Shown here in pieces: positions 8,512 through 19,029 of a stretch of DNA of 64,000 nt. The stretch lies in assembly GCA_963744145.1 (NCBI GenBank), contig CAVUSO010000001.1, positions 736,001 through 800,000 on the forward strand, in the 5' to 3' direction. The position numbers were made by a program, and so were the translations under genes. The DNA comes from an uncultured cyanobacterium (GTDB taxonomy: Bacteria; Cyanobacteriota; Cyanobacteriia; Cyanobacteriales; CAWUOF01). Below the pieces are notes generated by a model, which was given only the letters and a program-made list of their open reading frames with translations, had not been told where the DNA came from and did not search any database. Position 1 is the first letter of the stretch; each line of letters opens with the position of its first letter.

Positions 8512-10145
8512 TGAGTCATTATACGGCAACTATCATTGATACAACAGGTATCCAAAAGTACATTTTTGGGAGTAACCGATTAAGAGAAAATATTGGTGCT
8601 TCTCATTTGGTTAAATTAGCTACAACTGAATGGGTTGAGGATTGTCTCAAAAAAATAGGTCATGTTCATATTCCTAAAAAATGTGAAAATGAATTAGAAC
8701 CTAAAATTATTGATGTTGGTTCTAGTTATGTTGGAGAATTGATCTATGCTGGAGGTGGAAACGCAGTTATTTTATTTAAAAATGAAAATGAAGAAAAAGC
8801 AAAAGAATTTACGAAATATCTTACCCGAAAAATACTTGAATATGCACCAGGATTGAATGTTATTATTGCTCATCAAAGCTTTAACTGGGAAACCGAATTA
8901 TTAAGCGACATTATTGATCAAAAATTAATTAAGCAGAAACTAGACCCAAAAAAAAGAAACCCAATTGAATCAGTTCCATTATTGGGTTTGGGGGTAACAG
9001 CAACTTGTAATTCGACAGGGTTAGTTGCAGTAGAAGATACTAATGGTCAATATGGAATCCGGAACGGAGAAGGATATTTGGCTTCTCGGGAAATTGTGAC
9101 CAAACTCAAAGCCGCAGAAAAAGCTAATGAGGAATTGGAAAAGTTACTGTCTCTAAAAGGTACTTATCAAGTTGCTCGTGATGTTGATGATATGGGCCGT
9201 TCGGAAGGAGAAAGTAGTTATGTAGCTATTGTTCATGCTGACGGGAATAGAATGGGTAAAAGATTTGAAAAATATGCTGAAAATTATTGCCAACAATGTT
9301 CTTCAATTGCAGAGGAAAATAAAAATTATATTGTAGCTATGCGAAATCTTTCTTGGTCTGTAAACAGAGCCGGAGAGACAACTATAAAAGAAGTTGGCAA
9401 ATTTCTCAACCATGCAATTGAACGAAAAATTGTTAATATCAAAGAGAATTATTTTCCTTTTCGACCAATTGTTTATGGCGGGGATGATATTATTTTTATT
9501 GGTGATGGTCGAATTGGTATTTCATTAGCAGTTGAGTTCTTAAAGCGATTTGAAAAAAATACTGAAAATCTACCTGATCAGCAGGGGAAAGTAACAGCTT
9601 GTGCAGGTATTGCTATTGTCAAAACTCATTATCCATTTGTTAGAGCTTATGAATTATGCGAAGCATTATGTGGTAATGCTAAAAAGTTTTTTAGAGACGA
9701 GGTTGAAAAAAATCCTGAAGCATCTTTTTCAGCTATAGATTGGCATATTGCAGCAAGTGGTGTTTTAGGAAAACTTAATGAGGTTCGAGAGCGAGAATAT
9801 CAGGGTGGGAAGTTAACAGCACGTCCAATGAGATCGCATGAATATGCAGGTAGCTGGTTTATGTGGGAAGATATGGCAAAAGTTATTCAGGAATTTAAGG
9901 AGGGGGTAGCTTGGAAAGATAAGCAAAATAAAGTAATAACTTTGCGTCAAGTGTTAAGAGAAGGAGATAAAGCTACCGAGCAGTTTTTAATTGCCTGTGG
10001 TGATGAATTACCAGAATTTTCAAAAGCAAATTCAATAGTTAAAAAACAAGGTTGGTTAAACAATAAGTGTTATTACTTTGATGCTATTGAAGCAATGAAG
10101 TTCTATATCCCGTTAGGAGGAGATGATGTACTCAATCAAGATTAA
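8511..10145 (+). CDS. cas10: Type III-D Cas10 (short, no HD domain, Palm cyclase intact)
   Basis: DTTGIQKYIF, YAGGGN, VHADGNRMG, VYGGDDI. Confidence 0.92.
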   Translation: MSHYTATIIDTTGIQKYIFGSNRLRENIGASHLVKLATTEWVEDCLKKIGHVHIPKKCENELEPKIIDVGSSYVGELIYAGGGNAVILFKNENEEKAKEFTKYLTRKILEYAPGLNVIIAHQSFNWETELLSDIIDQKLIKQKLDPKKRNPIESVPLLGLGVTATCNSTGLVAVEDTNGQYGIRNGEGYLASREIVTKLKAAEKANEELEKLLSLKGTYQVARDVDDMGRSEGESSYVAIVHADGNRMGKRFEKYAENYCQQCSSIAEENKNYIVAMRNLSWSVNRAGETTIKEVGKFLNHAIERKIVNIKENYFPFRPIVYGGDDIIFIGDGRIGISLAVEFLKRFEKNTENLPDQQGKVTACAGIAIVKTHYPFVRAYELCEALCGNAKKFFRDEVEKNPEASFSAIDWHIAASGVLGKLNEVREREYQGGKLTARPMRSHEYAGSWFMWEDMAKVIQEFKEGVAWKDKQNKVITLRQVLREGDKATEQFLIACGDELPEFSKANSIVKKQGWLNNKCYYFDAIEAMKFYIPLGGDDVLNQD

Positions 10146-10788
10146 ACTACTCAGCGATACTACTTTTGGGCGAGGAGATGGTGTTGCAGGATTAATTGAT
10201 GCTGAAGTTGAACATGATCGCTATGGTTTTCCTTATTTGCGAGGACGCACCCTCAAAGGACTACTGAGTGAGGAGTGTGATAATCTAATTTTGCTGTTAC
10301 CAGAGTCCCAACAACAAACATGGATTGAGATTAGATATCAACTGTTTGGACAAGCAGGAAGCACTCAAGAAACAATGGCTCAGATGCACGTTGGTGATGC
10401 TTGCCTTCCTTCAGGTTTAAGAAACGCAATCGCACAACAACAACAAGAAAATAGTTTTCCGACTCGTTTAGATGTTCTAAATTCTCTAACTGGAATTCGT
10501 CAACAAACTGCAATTAATTCAGATACAGGAGCAGCTGATCCCCATAGTTTACGGAATGCGCGTGTTATCATCCGCGATCGCTATGATGCTCAACCCAGTT
10601 ACACAGCTCCCTTATTTTTTGATGTAAAGCCTACATCAGAAATGTTAGGGCTACTGGGTGCAGGAGCTTTAGCCCTCAGACGTATTGGGAGCGATCGAAA
10701 TCGAGGGCGGGGTCATGTGCAATGTAGTTTGTACTATCAAGAGGAAAATATTAGTGCCAAATATCTCGATTGGTTAGGAGAAAATTAA
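10123..10788 (+). CDS. Cas7/Csm3-group RAMP
   Basis: LLSDTTFGRG, PYLRGRTLKGLL, glycine-rich loop IGSDRNRGRG. Confidence 0.88.
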   Translation: MMYSIKIKLLSDTTFGRGDGVAGLIDAEVEHDRYGFPYLRGRTLKGLLSEECDNLILLLPESQQQTWIEIRYQLFGQAGSTQETMAQMHVGDACLPSGLRNAIAQQQQENSFPTRLDVLNSLTGIRQQTAINSDTGAADPHSLRNARVIIRDRYDAQPSYTAPLFFDVKPTSEMLGLLGAGALALRRIGSDRNRGRGHVQCSLYYQEENISAKYLDWLGEN

Positions 10789-12458
10789 TGCCAGTTATTC
10801 GCTTTTTATTACACACTGAACAACCTATTTTAGCCACTTCCTTACAAGGTGATCCGAATAGTGATGTGTCTTATCCCTATATTCCCGGTAGCATGATCAG
10901 AGGAATGTTAATTAGTCGCTATTGTCGCCAACAAAAAATTCAAGAATTGGATATTCTAGATCAAACAATTAGAAGGCTATTTTTTGAAGATACTACTCGT
11001 TACTTAAATGCTTATCTATTCGATTCAGAGCAAAAATATAGAACTTTGCCGACTCCTTTATGTTTGTACAAGGAAAAAGGAGATGAATTTTTACAAACTG
11101 TTTTTGATTCTAGTCAAACAAATATAGAAGATCGACCCGAATCTCCAAAGCGATTAGAAAAAGCATTTTGTTGGATTGATGAGTATTCAAATATTTCTGT
11201 TTATGAAATTAAGCGATGGATTAATATTCACAACAAACGAAATCGTCAAAAAGGTAGAGGAACAGAAGCTACTGGAGAAGTATTTCACTATGATGCCATT
11301 GATGCAGGACAAATTTTTGAAGCTGTAGTTTTATGTCATAGTGACGAAGATGCTAAGATGATTAAATCCTTACTGCAACTAAAAAAAGAAACAGAAAAGA
11401 TTAACGCTTGGCTTGGTGGTTCTCAAAGTGCAGGTTATGGTCATGTCACTATTAATTCAATTAACTCAACGGATGGTTGGAATGAAATTGCCATTGACTG
11501 GCAAGATAGAAGCGATCGTCAAAATAATTTAACGATTACTCTTCTGAGTGACACAATTATTCGAGATGAATGCGGTCAAATTACGACTGAACCTCAAAAA
11601 TTAGTGGATTTAATTTCAAAACTCCTAAAAACTGAACTCAAGCTAATTGATACCTATGCCAGCAGCACAATAGTTGGTGGATTTAATCGAAAATGGGGTT
11701 TACCGTTACCGCAAGTTCAAGCGATCGCAGCAGGTAGCGTTTTTGTTTTTCAATGTCCCGAAAATTCACTTGATCCTCAAGCTGTTAGAGATTTAGAAAC
11801 TCAAGGAATAGGAGAAAGGAGAGTCGATGGTTTTGGTAGAGTGGTCTTAAATTGGCTCAAAGAAGAGAATGAAATTAGTGCCAAACAAGAAAACATTAAG
11901 TACCATGTCATTACACAGCCATTAAATTATCAAGAGGAACAAATTGCTAAAGACATTGCAGAAAGAATACTGCGGCAGAAATTAGATGAGCTATTGATGG
12001 AGCAAGTCAGCCATAATACACCAGATAAAAACCAGTTAAATTCTGTTCAAAACAATCAACTTTCACGGTTAATGATTGTCACTAGAAATGCTTTAAATCA
12101 AGTTCAAGCTGGTTTACCTGATAATCATCCCCATGACCTGGATGTCTTTTTAGGAGAAAATCGAGAATCTAGTCAAATGACCAAAGCAGGGAAAGAACAG
12201 TTTAGCAAAATTAAAATGAGCAATGGTAAGGCATTTGATGAGCAAATTCGACACTGGCTAAATTATTCAAATCAATGGATTAAATTAGCTTGGCTGAGTA
12301 AACCTGAATATAGTGGCTTTATCACTGAAAATAAAGAACCAACCATTGAGATTAGCAATCAGTCTGTTACTCTAGACTCTAGGTTATACCAAGAATATAC
12401 ATTGCGTCTGATTTTAGCAATTACCAAAAAAATTATGAAGGAGAAAAGCAATGCTTAA
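10788..12458 (+). CDS. csx10: Csx10 (Cas5-group RAMP) with helical Cas11-like C-terminal extension
   Basis: YIPGSMIRG, LGGSQSAGYG, GIGERRVDGFG; AGGAG RBS; TAATG overlap with the upstream gene. Confidence 0.8.
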   Translation: MPVIRFLLHTEQPILATSLQGDPNSDVSYPYIPGSMIRGMLISRYCRQQKIQELDILDQTIRRLFFEDTTRYLNAYLFDSEQKYRTLPTPLCLYKEKGDEFLQTVFDSSQTNIEDRPESPKRLEKAFCWIDEYSNISVYEIKRWINIHNKRNRQKGRGTEATGEVFHYDAIDAGQIFEAVVLCHSDEDAKMIKSLLQLKKETEKINAWLGGSQSAGYGHVTINSINSTDGWNEIAIDWQDRSDRQNNLTITLLSDTIIRDECGQITTEPQKLVDLISKLLKTELKLIDTYASSTIVGGFNRKWGLPLPQVQAIAAGSVFVFQCPENSLDPQAVRDLETQGIGERRVDGFGRVVLNWLKEENEISAKQENIKYHVITQPLNYQEEQIAKDIAERILRQKLDELLMEQVSHNTPDKNQLNSVQNNQLSRLMIVTRNALNQVQAGLPDNHPHDLDVFLGENRESSQMTKAGKEQFSKIKMSNGKAFDEQIRHWLNYSNQWIKLAWLSKPEYSGFITENKEPTIEISNQSVTLDSRLYQEYTLRLILAITKKIMKEKSNA

Positions 12459-14037
12459 ACTATCTTACAGATCCGATCATCGTCATATTATTCGGCGCGT
12501 GATTGTACGCGGAACTCTATTTTTAGATACCCCCACTTGCTTAGGAACAGGAGATAAAGATAGTCCTACTGATATGCCATTATCACGGGATAATCTGGAA
12601 ACGAATAGGGCATTACTAACAGGATCTTCTCTGGCAGGTGCTTTACGGAACTATTTACGGGAATATAACAAGAGATATGGACATATTGAAGAACGGGATG
12701 ATTTAACAACAAAATTATTTGGCGATCTGTTTGCGTATGAGAACGAAACGGATAGAACTGAAGACCAAAAGATAGAACTCAGAGAAAGAAATATTCAAAG
12801 TTCCCTAATTATTAACGACGCTATTAGCACTAAACCAATACAATCAGAACTCAGAGATGGAGTAAAAATTAATAGTATTACTCGTACTGCTGCTGATAAA
12901 GCTAAGTATGACTTAGAGTTACTACAAGCCGGAAGTGAGTTTCCTTTGTGTTTTGAATTGTTGATTGAGAAGGACAGTGATGAGGCTGAGTTAGGCAAAG
13001 GACTTGCGATCGCTCTCCAAGGCTTAGAACCTAAAAATGGTTCAACAAGTGGTGAAATCAGCCTTGGTATGAAAAAACGACGTGGGTTTGGCCGCTGTCA
13101 TGTTCAAAAATGGCAAGTTTGGAATTTTAATTTGGAAAATACAGATGATCGGATGGCTTGGTTAACTCTTGACCATTCTTGGTTAAGTGACCCACCCTGT
13201 ACTAAATCATCTGCTATTGATCTTTCAATTGTCGAAGCAATGAAAAAGGCTGGTATTCAAGTAGCAGAAATTTGGGAAGATAAACGTGATTGCTTCATCA
13301 TCCAGGCTACTTTTCAATTAGCCAGTCCCTTACTTATCCGTTCTGGTCAAGCTGAAACTGGACGCGCACCTGATGTTGTACATTTGAAGTCTAATCGACC
13401 TGATGAATCAACAGAACCAGTAGCAGTTTTATCAGGTACAAGTTTAGCAGGAGTATTACGCCATCGAGCAGAACGGATTGTCAATACTCTGGAAAAGCCC
13501 ACAACAATTATAGACGAGATTTTTGGGCCAGATTTTAGTAAGGACAAAACTAAGAAAGCTAAAGCAAGTCGTCTAATTGTCCATGAAAGTGTTATCAAGG
13601 ATACTACTGACTTAGTACAAACTCGAATTGCGATTGATCGATTTACAGGAGGTGCGTATCATGGAGCATTATTTGACGAACAACCAATTTTTAGTGGAGA
13701 TGAAACTTGCGTAACTATTGAACTAGAGTTGCGTCAGCCAAAAGAGTATGAAATTGGGTTACTATTCCTATTAATCAAAGATTTGTGGACGAGCGATTTA
13801 CCTGTAGGGGGTGAAAGTAGTATTGGACGCGGACGCTTAAAGGGAATCAAGGCAGATTTGATCCGACATGATCCAAAAGAACCAAAGGGATGGACAATTT
13901 CTGAAGCCAATGGAAATTTACAAGTTATGAATTTAGTAGATCCAAACCAATCAGAAGATTTAGTTAAAGATGAGCTAGAAGGGTTTGTTAAGAATTTGCT
14001 AAAGCTAAAAGAATTAGGAAATGAGGTAGAAGTATGA
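12451..14037 (+). CDS. Double-Cas7 RAMP (Csx7/Cas7-2x type)
   Basis: Two RAMP repeats: TGSSLAGALR...GMKKRRGFG and SGTSLAGVLRHR...GGESSIGRG. Confidence 0.88.
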   Translation: MLKLSYRSDHRHIIRRVIVRGTLFLDTPTCLGTGDKDSPTDMPLSRDNLETNRALLTGSSLAGALRNYLREYNKRYGHIEERDDLTTKLFGDLFAYENETDRTEDQKIELRERNIQSSLIINDAISTKPIQSELRDGVKINSITRTAADKAKYDLELLQAGSEFPLCFELLIEKDSDEAELGKGLAIALQGLEPKNGSTSGEISLGMKKRRGFGRCHVQKWQVWNFNLENTDDRMAWLTLDHSWLSDPPCTKSSAIDLSIVEAMKKAGIQVAEIWEDKRDCFIIQATFQLASPLLIRSGQAETGRAPDVVHLKSNRPDESTEPVAVLSGTSLAGVLRHRAERIVNTLEKPTTIIDEIFGPDFSKDKTKKAKASRLIVHESVIKDTTDLVQTRIAIDRFTGGAYHGALFDEQPIFSGDETCVTIELELRQPKEYEIGLLFLLIKDLWTSDLPVGGESSIGRGRLKGIKADLIRHDPKEPKGWTISEANGNLQVMNLVDPNQSEDLVKDELEGFVKNLLKLKELGNEVEV

Positions 14038-14615
14038 GTGAAGATGTGAAGCGATCGCCAGTTATAGATTTTCAAGATGATCATAAATTATGTGAGTGGT
14101 TAAAATCTCAAGCACCATCAGTATCTGATCAAACACCTTACCTACTAGCTCATGCTGAAGATGGTGTGATTTGGGGTCGTTTTGATGACGGAAAATTGAC
14201 AACAGCTAATAAAGTATTTCGTAAGCCAGAGTTTGACTTTCCTGAGTTGCGGTTACAAACTCTGCAACAATGTCGTATTTTTGGACGAGAAGGTGAAGTA
14301 TTACTGTGGAAGTATGGCGAAAGATGGAAATGGCGTTTTATTGAGAAATTAGCCGATGAAAAAATAGAAGAAAGACAAATTCTCTGGGGAACGCATGGAC
14401 AAAGACGAGATAATTTTACTCTACTGTGGGATGGGTCACAAGGATTGAAACACGCTGTACCTTTGATGAATATCGTTACTGTTAGTGATTGCAAACTTGA
14501 TAAACCAGTACGTTTAATTGTTCATCATTATATCAATTATGATCAAGATGGTTTAGCTAGAATTTATCTCAGTCGTCTTGTTGATTTAACTACTCAGGAG
14601 AAAGATAATGACTAG
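14034..14615 (+). CDS. csx19: Type III-D Csx19 (TIGR03984-like)
   Basis: LLAHAEDGVIWG, LQQCRIFG..GEVLLW, QILWGT, SRLVDL; operon position. Confidence 0.85.
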   Translation: MSEDVKRSPVIDFQDDHKLCEWLKSQAPSVSDQTPYLLAHAEDGVIWGRFDDGKLTTANKVFRKPEFDFPELRLQTLQQCRIFGREGEVLLWKYGERWKWRFIEKLADEKIEERQILWGTHGQRRDNFTLLWDGSQGLKHAVPLMNIVTVSDCKLDKPVRLIVHHYINYDQDGLARIYLSRLVDLTTQEKDND

Positions 14616-15066
14616 AATGAGATCAAAAACTGATCCTCTTTACGATCGCGATTTTGTAGCTTGGTGTGAAGACACTGCTGCTAAACTCAGAAGACGTAAT
14701 ATTGATTATTTAGATTTTGAGAATTTAATTGAGGAGGTAGAAAGCTTGGGAAGAAGCGAACGACGGGAATTAAGAAATCGGTTAAGCGTGTTAATAGCTC
14801 ATATCCTTAAGCGGATGTATGTTAACAGCTCTGAAAATTTTGATGGATGGGAAGTAACTATTGTAGAGCAACGCAAACAAATTAAAGGATTATTGCAAGA
14901 TTCTCCCAGCTTAAAACCTTATTTCGCACAAATATTTACAGAAGTTTATGTTGATGCTTTAGATATTGTTTCTGTTGAATATAAGCAAACATAGTTTCCT
15001 AAAACGTGGCAATTTGATCCTGAAATTGATGTAATGCTATCTAAGAAATACTGGGAGGAACAGTAA
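14608..15066 (+). pseudogene. DUF29 family gene inside the III-D operon, with premature TAG at 14992-14994
   Basis: LYDRDFVAW...NLIEEVESLGRSE; the paralog at 20406 has GAG at this codon; the frame continues to TAA 15066. Confidence 0.8.
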
Positions 15067-17529
15067 ATGAATCCTAAACATATTGATGAAGTTCCAAAAT
15101 TTATTAAAGATGACAAAGGAAAAAATATACCTCGTCGTGCAGTTGCACCTTATAACTTTGTCGAACTTCCTGAAAAAGTTGTTGAAGTGGAAGCAGAAGA
15201 ATTACCCAGTAGTGATCGCTATCACCTTGATCGCCACACAGGTAGAATTGAATGTAGTTTAACAACTTCTTCTCCTCTCTACATTCGCTGCGGACTGACT
15301 CCCGCTAATTTTACTAAATATTCGGAATATTCAAACCTAGCAAAAGATGCAACAGAAGAACAGAAGAAAAAGTGGGAAGAAGAGAAAAAAGAATGGGATA
15401 CGGAAAGACGAACAATTCTTTCTCCATTTTTTACATACCAAAGCGATACTCTTCCTGTTATTCCTGGTAGCAGCTTACGGGGGATGCTGAGGAATTTAGT
15501 AGAAATTATCAGTTTTAGTAAAATTAATAGAGTTTCAAATGAAAATCGACTATTTTTCCGTGCAGTAGCAGCAAATCCTGAGAAAGATTCTTTAGGTAAA
15601 GCTTACAAAAGATATGTCGATCCTAAAAAAGTTAAAGCTGGTTATCTAAAAAAAGATAGAGAAGGATGGTATATTCAACCTGCTCAAGAAGCTGAACAAG
15701 GTGCAACATTTGCTTGGGTTAGGGAAATAACTCTTAACTTGCCAAACTTAAAAAAATTCAATGATGATAAATATGAATCTCAGTATATTCCTGTTAGCTA
15801 TGAAAGTGTAGCTGTAGATAATACAGATAGAGCTAAACGCTTATTTGCTAATAATGTCGAGTTACCAGACACCCATCCCAAAAAAGGCGTGCTTGTTACA
15901 AGTGGAAACATGAAACAAGGAAATGAACCTTCACCTCGTCGTAATCATTGTGTTATTTTTGAATGTTTAGTATTTGAAGCAAATTCAACCTCTCGTAAGC
16001 TAAGAGTAGATAATACAGCAATTGAGCATTACAGTAATGCTCTGACTGATTTTCAGAAAAAATTACCCTTTGATAAAGATTGGGGAATGTTAGCAGAGAA
16101 TAGACCTGTATTTTATCTACCTCCCCAAAATGATGATGATACTGTAGCTTTTTTCGGTCAAAGCCCTAACTTTCGTATTCCCTACTCTCCTGAAAGTAAC
16201 GGTCATGCAACAACTGTAGTAGATTTTATTCCCGAAAATTTGAGAAAATTGGCATCACTTGATTTTGCTGATGCAATTTTCGGTTGGGTCAAGCAAGAAT
16301 CTGAATCAGAAAAACTACCCCAAAATTTTGATAAACAAAAAGCAGGTAGAGTTTGTGTTACAGATGCCTTATATCAAAACAATCAAAACGGTATCTGGTA
16401 TGAAGATAAACCGTTAACTCCTCAAATTTTATCTGGGCCAAAACCAAGCTGCTTTCCACACTATCTAGTTCAGCAGAGTGCAGATAAATCAGAACTTAAA
16501 CACTATACCAGTCAACCTGTTACAGAAACAGTAATTCGTGGTCATAAACTGTATTGGCATAAAGGGAATAACCCAAACTTCAAACTGAAAAAAGTTATTG
16601 ATTCCTCTAAAAAAGATTCTGATACTCAAACAACTCTAATTAAACCTATTAGCCAAGGAGTTACTTTTAAATTTGATATTCACTTTGAAAATTTGAGTGA
16701 TGTTGAACTTGGTGTACTGTTGTGGGTTCTCAAAGTCGCTAAAGATGATGCCTATCGCCTTAAGATTGGTATGGGTAAACCTTTAGGATTAGGGGCAATA
16801 AAGATTGAACCTAATTTATATTTAAGTCGTCGTAAGCAACGTTACCAAAAATTATTTGATAATAATTACTGGGAAAAAGAAGAGATAACCAGTAACGAAA
16901 ATATATCAATTTATGTAGATAATTTTGAAAAATATATGTTAAAAAAACTTGATCATAATGGAGATTTTAATAACTTATGTAGAATTCAAATGTTATTAGT
17001 GATGTTACAGTGGCCTGGGATAGAAGATGTAGAAAAAACTACTCGATATATGGAAATTGAGCGGGATTGCAAAAAGCACCATATTGGTCAATGCAAGCAG
17101 ACAGATAAAAAAACTAATGAGTATAAAGAACGTCCAGTTTTGCCAAATCCATTAGATGTCATGGGCATTAAGATAGAGTGCGATCGCCCGTCTACATTTC
17201 TCTCTAAAAAATCTACTGAGCAAACAACACAAGAGTTTTTAGTAGATCAAATCGTTGATGCTAATACATCTCTCTCTAAAAAATACACTGAGCAAACAAC
17301 ACAAGAGTTTTTGGTAGATCAAATCGTTGATGCTAAGGTAGTTGATATCCAAGTAGAAGAAGGCAAGAAGCTAAAAACAATTATCACTTACGAAATTCAA
17401 TGCTCAGACTGCCTAGCTAAAGAAGAAGTTTATAAAAAAAAGGTTTTTTTAGATGTGGGTAATAGTCTGAAAGTCAGCATTGTTAAAGCTGAAGGAAAAA
17501 GTATTAGAAAGGTGAAGCGTTTTGAATAG
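15067..17529 (+). CDS. Large Cas7 with insertion (TIGR03986-like RAMP)
   Basis: APYNFVELP, IPGSSLRGM, RGHKLYWHK, IGMGKPLGLG; OB/S1-like tail. Confidence 0.9.
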   Translation: MNPKHIDEVPKFIKDDKGKNIPRRAVAPYNFVELPEKVVEVEAEELPSSDRYHLDRHTGRIECSLTTSSPLYIRCGLTPANFTKYSEYSNLAKDATEEQKKKWEEEKKEWDTERRTILSPFFTYQSDTLPVIPGSSLRGMLRNLVEIISFSKINRVSNENRLFFRAVAANPEKDSLGKAYKRYVDPKKVKAGYLKKDREGWYIQPAQEAEQGATFAWVREITLNLPNLKKFNDDKYESQYIPVSYESVAVDNTDRAKRLFANNVELPDTHPKKGVLVTSGNMKQGNEPSPRRNHCVIFECLVFEANSTSRKLRVDNTAIEHYSNALTDFQKKLPFDKDWGMLAENRPVFYLPPQNDDDTVAFFGQSPNFRIPYSPESNGHATTVVDFIPENLRKLASLDFADAIFGWVKQESESEKLPQNFDKQKAGRVCVTDALYQNNQNGIWYEDKPLTPQILSGPKPSCFPHYLVQQSADKSELKHYTSQPVTETVIRGHKLYWHKGNNPNFKLKKVIDSSKKDSDTQTTLIKPISQGVTFKFDIHFENLSDVELGVLLWVLKVAKDDAYRLKIGMGKPLGLGAIKIEPNLYLSRRKQRYQKLFDNNYWEKEEITSNENISIYVDNFEKYMLKKLDHNGDFNNLCRIQMLLVMLQWPGIEDVEKTTRYMEIERDCKKHHIGQCKQTDKKTNEYKERPVLPNPLDVMGIKIECDRPSTFLSKKSTEQTTQEFLVDQIVDANTSLSKKYTEQTTQEFLVDQIVDAKVVDIQVEEGKKLKTIITYEIQCSDCLAKEEVYKKKVFLDVGNSLKVSIVKAEGKSIRKVKRFE
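17193..17336 (+). repeat. 72-bp in-frame tandem duplication (24 aa)
   Basis: LSKK(S/Y)TEQTTQEFLVDQIVDA occurs twice, period 72 bp. Confidence 0.9.
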
Positions 17530-17680
17530 AAATTTGACTCGCAAAAAAGGAAGTCTTAAAGTGTAATTCTTTCTTAATCAGGACTTACACAGCTTCACCA
17601 GACACACTTTATTGCTAATTACAACTCCAAACATAAATGCGATCGCAAAAATTCTCAACAATTCACTAGGAGATTAAACA

Positions 17681-17908
17681 ATGACAATTGAGCAAGCTGT
17701 ATTACAAAACTTACGGGAATTACCTCCTGAACAACAGCAAGAAGTTCTAAACTTTATTCAATCTCCCAAGCAAAAGTCACTCCTGAAACAACCCTACCGT
17801 AATTTGCATGGATTATGGAGCGATCTAGATATGGAAATTACCGAGGTAGATATTGCCGAAGTTCGTCAGGAAATGTGGGGAAATTTTCCCAAGGAGTTTC
17901 CTTTATGA
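17681..17908 (+). CDS. DUF2281-like antitoxin
   Basis: LRELPPEQQQEVLNF...LHGLWSDL...IAEVRQEMWGNFP. Confidence 0.75.
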   Translation: MTIEQAVLQNLRELPPEQQQEVLNFIQSPKQKSLLKQPYRNLHGLWSDLDMEITEVDIAEVRQEMWGNFPKEFPL

Positions 17909-17960
17909 CCGTGATCGCTCTCTATCCACTATGTCAAAATTAACAAAATCAGAGGTGATT

Positions 17961-18587
17961 ATGCCTTTCAGTTCTTATAAAACCATCAATGATGTTGTCA
18001 AAGAATTTCAAATTACCTATACTCAATCAAACTTTATCCAAGAAATAGAGTTTAATATCTCCGACTACTTTCGAGAAGATTTAGAAATAGTGATGCAAGA
18101 TGGTGCAGCAGACTGTTCCGAATTTGCAATTTGTGAAAATCTGATTTATCCAGTGTTAAAGGAAGTTTGGAAGCAGTATCGCCAAAATTTTATTTTATGG
18201 AGTCACAAGTCTCTCACATTCGACGAGAAGCTTTCCGGATTTCCTGAGTATGTACTGGCGAAAAAATCACCATTAGGAAACGTAGTTTTTGATCAGCCTT
18301 ACTTTATCCTCATTGAAGCAAAGCAGGATAATTTTGAGGCGGGATGGGCGCAGTGTTTAGCAGAAATGATCGCAGCTCAACGGCTGAATGAAAATCCAGA
18401 TCAAGAATTGTTCGGAATTGTATCCAATGGAAAATTATGGCAATTTGGAAAACTTAAAATTCATACTTTTACTTTGAATAAAAATTCTTATTTAATTGAT
18501 AATTTAGATAAGCTTTTTGCAGCAATCAATTATCTATTTCAACAATGTGATTCCCTTTTAGATGTATTGGAACGATCAATAAATTAA
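17961..18587 (+). CDS. Cyanobacterial restriction-endonuclease-like (PD-(D/E)xK) protein
   Basis: IEAKQDNFEAGWAQCLAEMIAAQ...FGIVSNGKLWQF; GAGGTG RBS before ATG 17961. Confidence 0.7.
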   Translation: MPFSSYKTINDVVKEFQITYTQSNFIQEIEFNISDYFREDLEIVMQDGAADCSEFAICENLIYPVLKEVWKQYRQNFILWSHKSLTFDEKLSGFPEYVLAKKSPLGNVVFDQPYFILIEAKQDNFEAGWAQCLAEMIAAQRLNENPDQELFGIVSNGKLWQFGKLKIHTFTLNKNSYLIDNLDKLFAAINYLFQQCDSLLDVLERSIN

Positions 18588-18709
18588 TCCAATTGGAGGT
18601 AAAACAAGGCACTACAGCGATTCATTCAAGCTTTAACTGATGTTACAACTGGATGGTTGGTGATGCCACTATCATTAGAAAATATTCGAGGAAATTAGGA
18701 GGCAATATC

Positions 18710-18976
18710 GTGATTAATAAACCTAAAATTGAACGAGATAAACTCATTAAATTTATCCATGAAATGCCTGACAATAATTTAGCTGAATTGGCGATTTTTA
18801 TTGATTATCTTCGCTATAAATCTAGTCAATCTCAAACAATAAAAGAAAGTGATTCTAGCTTTTTAATGTCTATTGCTGGATTCGGTACTTCTGGAGAAAC
18901 AGATATTTCTGAGCGAGATGAAGAAATTTTACAAACAGAAATTACTTCGATCCAGGGTTGTACCACTAATCCCTGA
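18710..18976 (+). CDS. DUF2281-like antitoxin
   Basis: GGAGG RBS before GTG; MPDNNLAELAIFIDYLRYK...DISERDEEIL. Confidence 0.6.
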   Translation: MINKPKIERDKLIKFIHEMPDNNLAELAIFIDYLRYKSSQSQTIKESDSSFLMSIAGFGTSGETDISERDEEILQTEITSIQGCTTNP

Positions 18977-19029
18977 TTGTCAATCTATCTAAAACAGCAC
19001 TCATAAAATACTAAGGAGATTGATAGACA

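Noticed and set aside
7980-14494. Short antisense ORFs inside cas genes, and similar ones inside the RND, Uma2 and Tat genes
   Set aside because: Shadow frames of well-supported genes, with no motifs or RBS.
18600-18692. Possible PIN-toxin fragment (QRFIQALTDVTTGWLVMPLSLENIR)
   Set aside because: Too short and lacks catalytic motifs; cannot be supported without a search.
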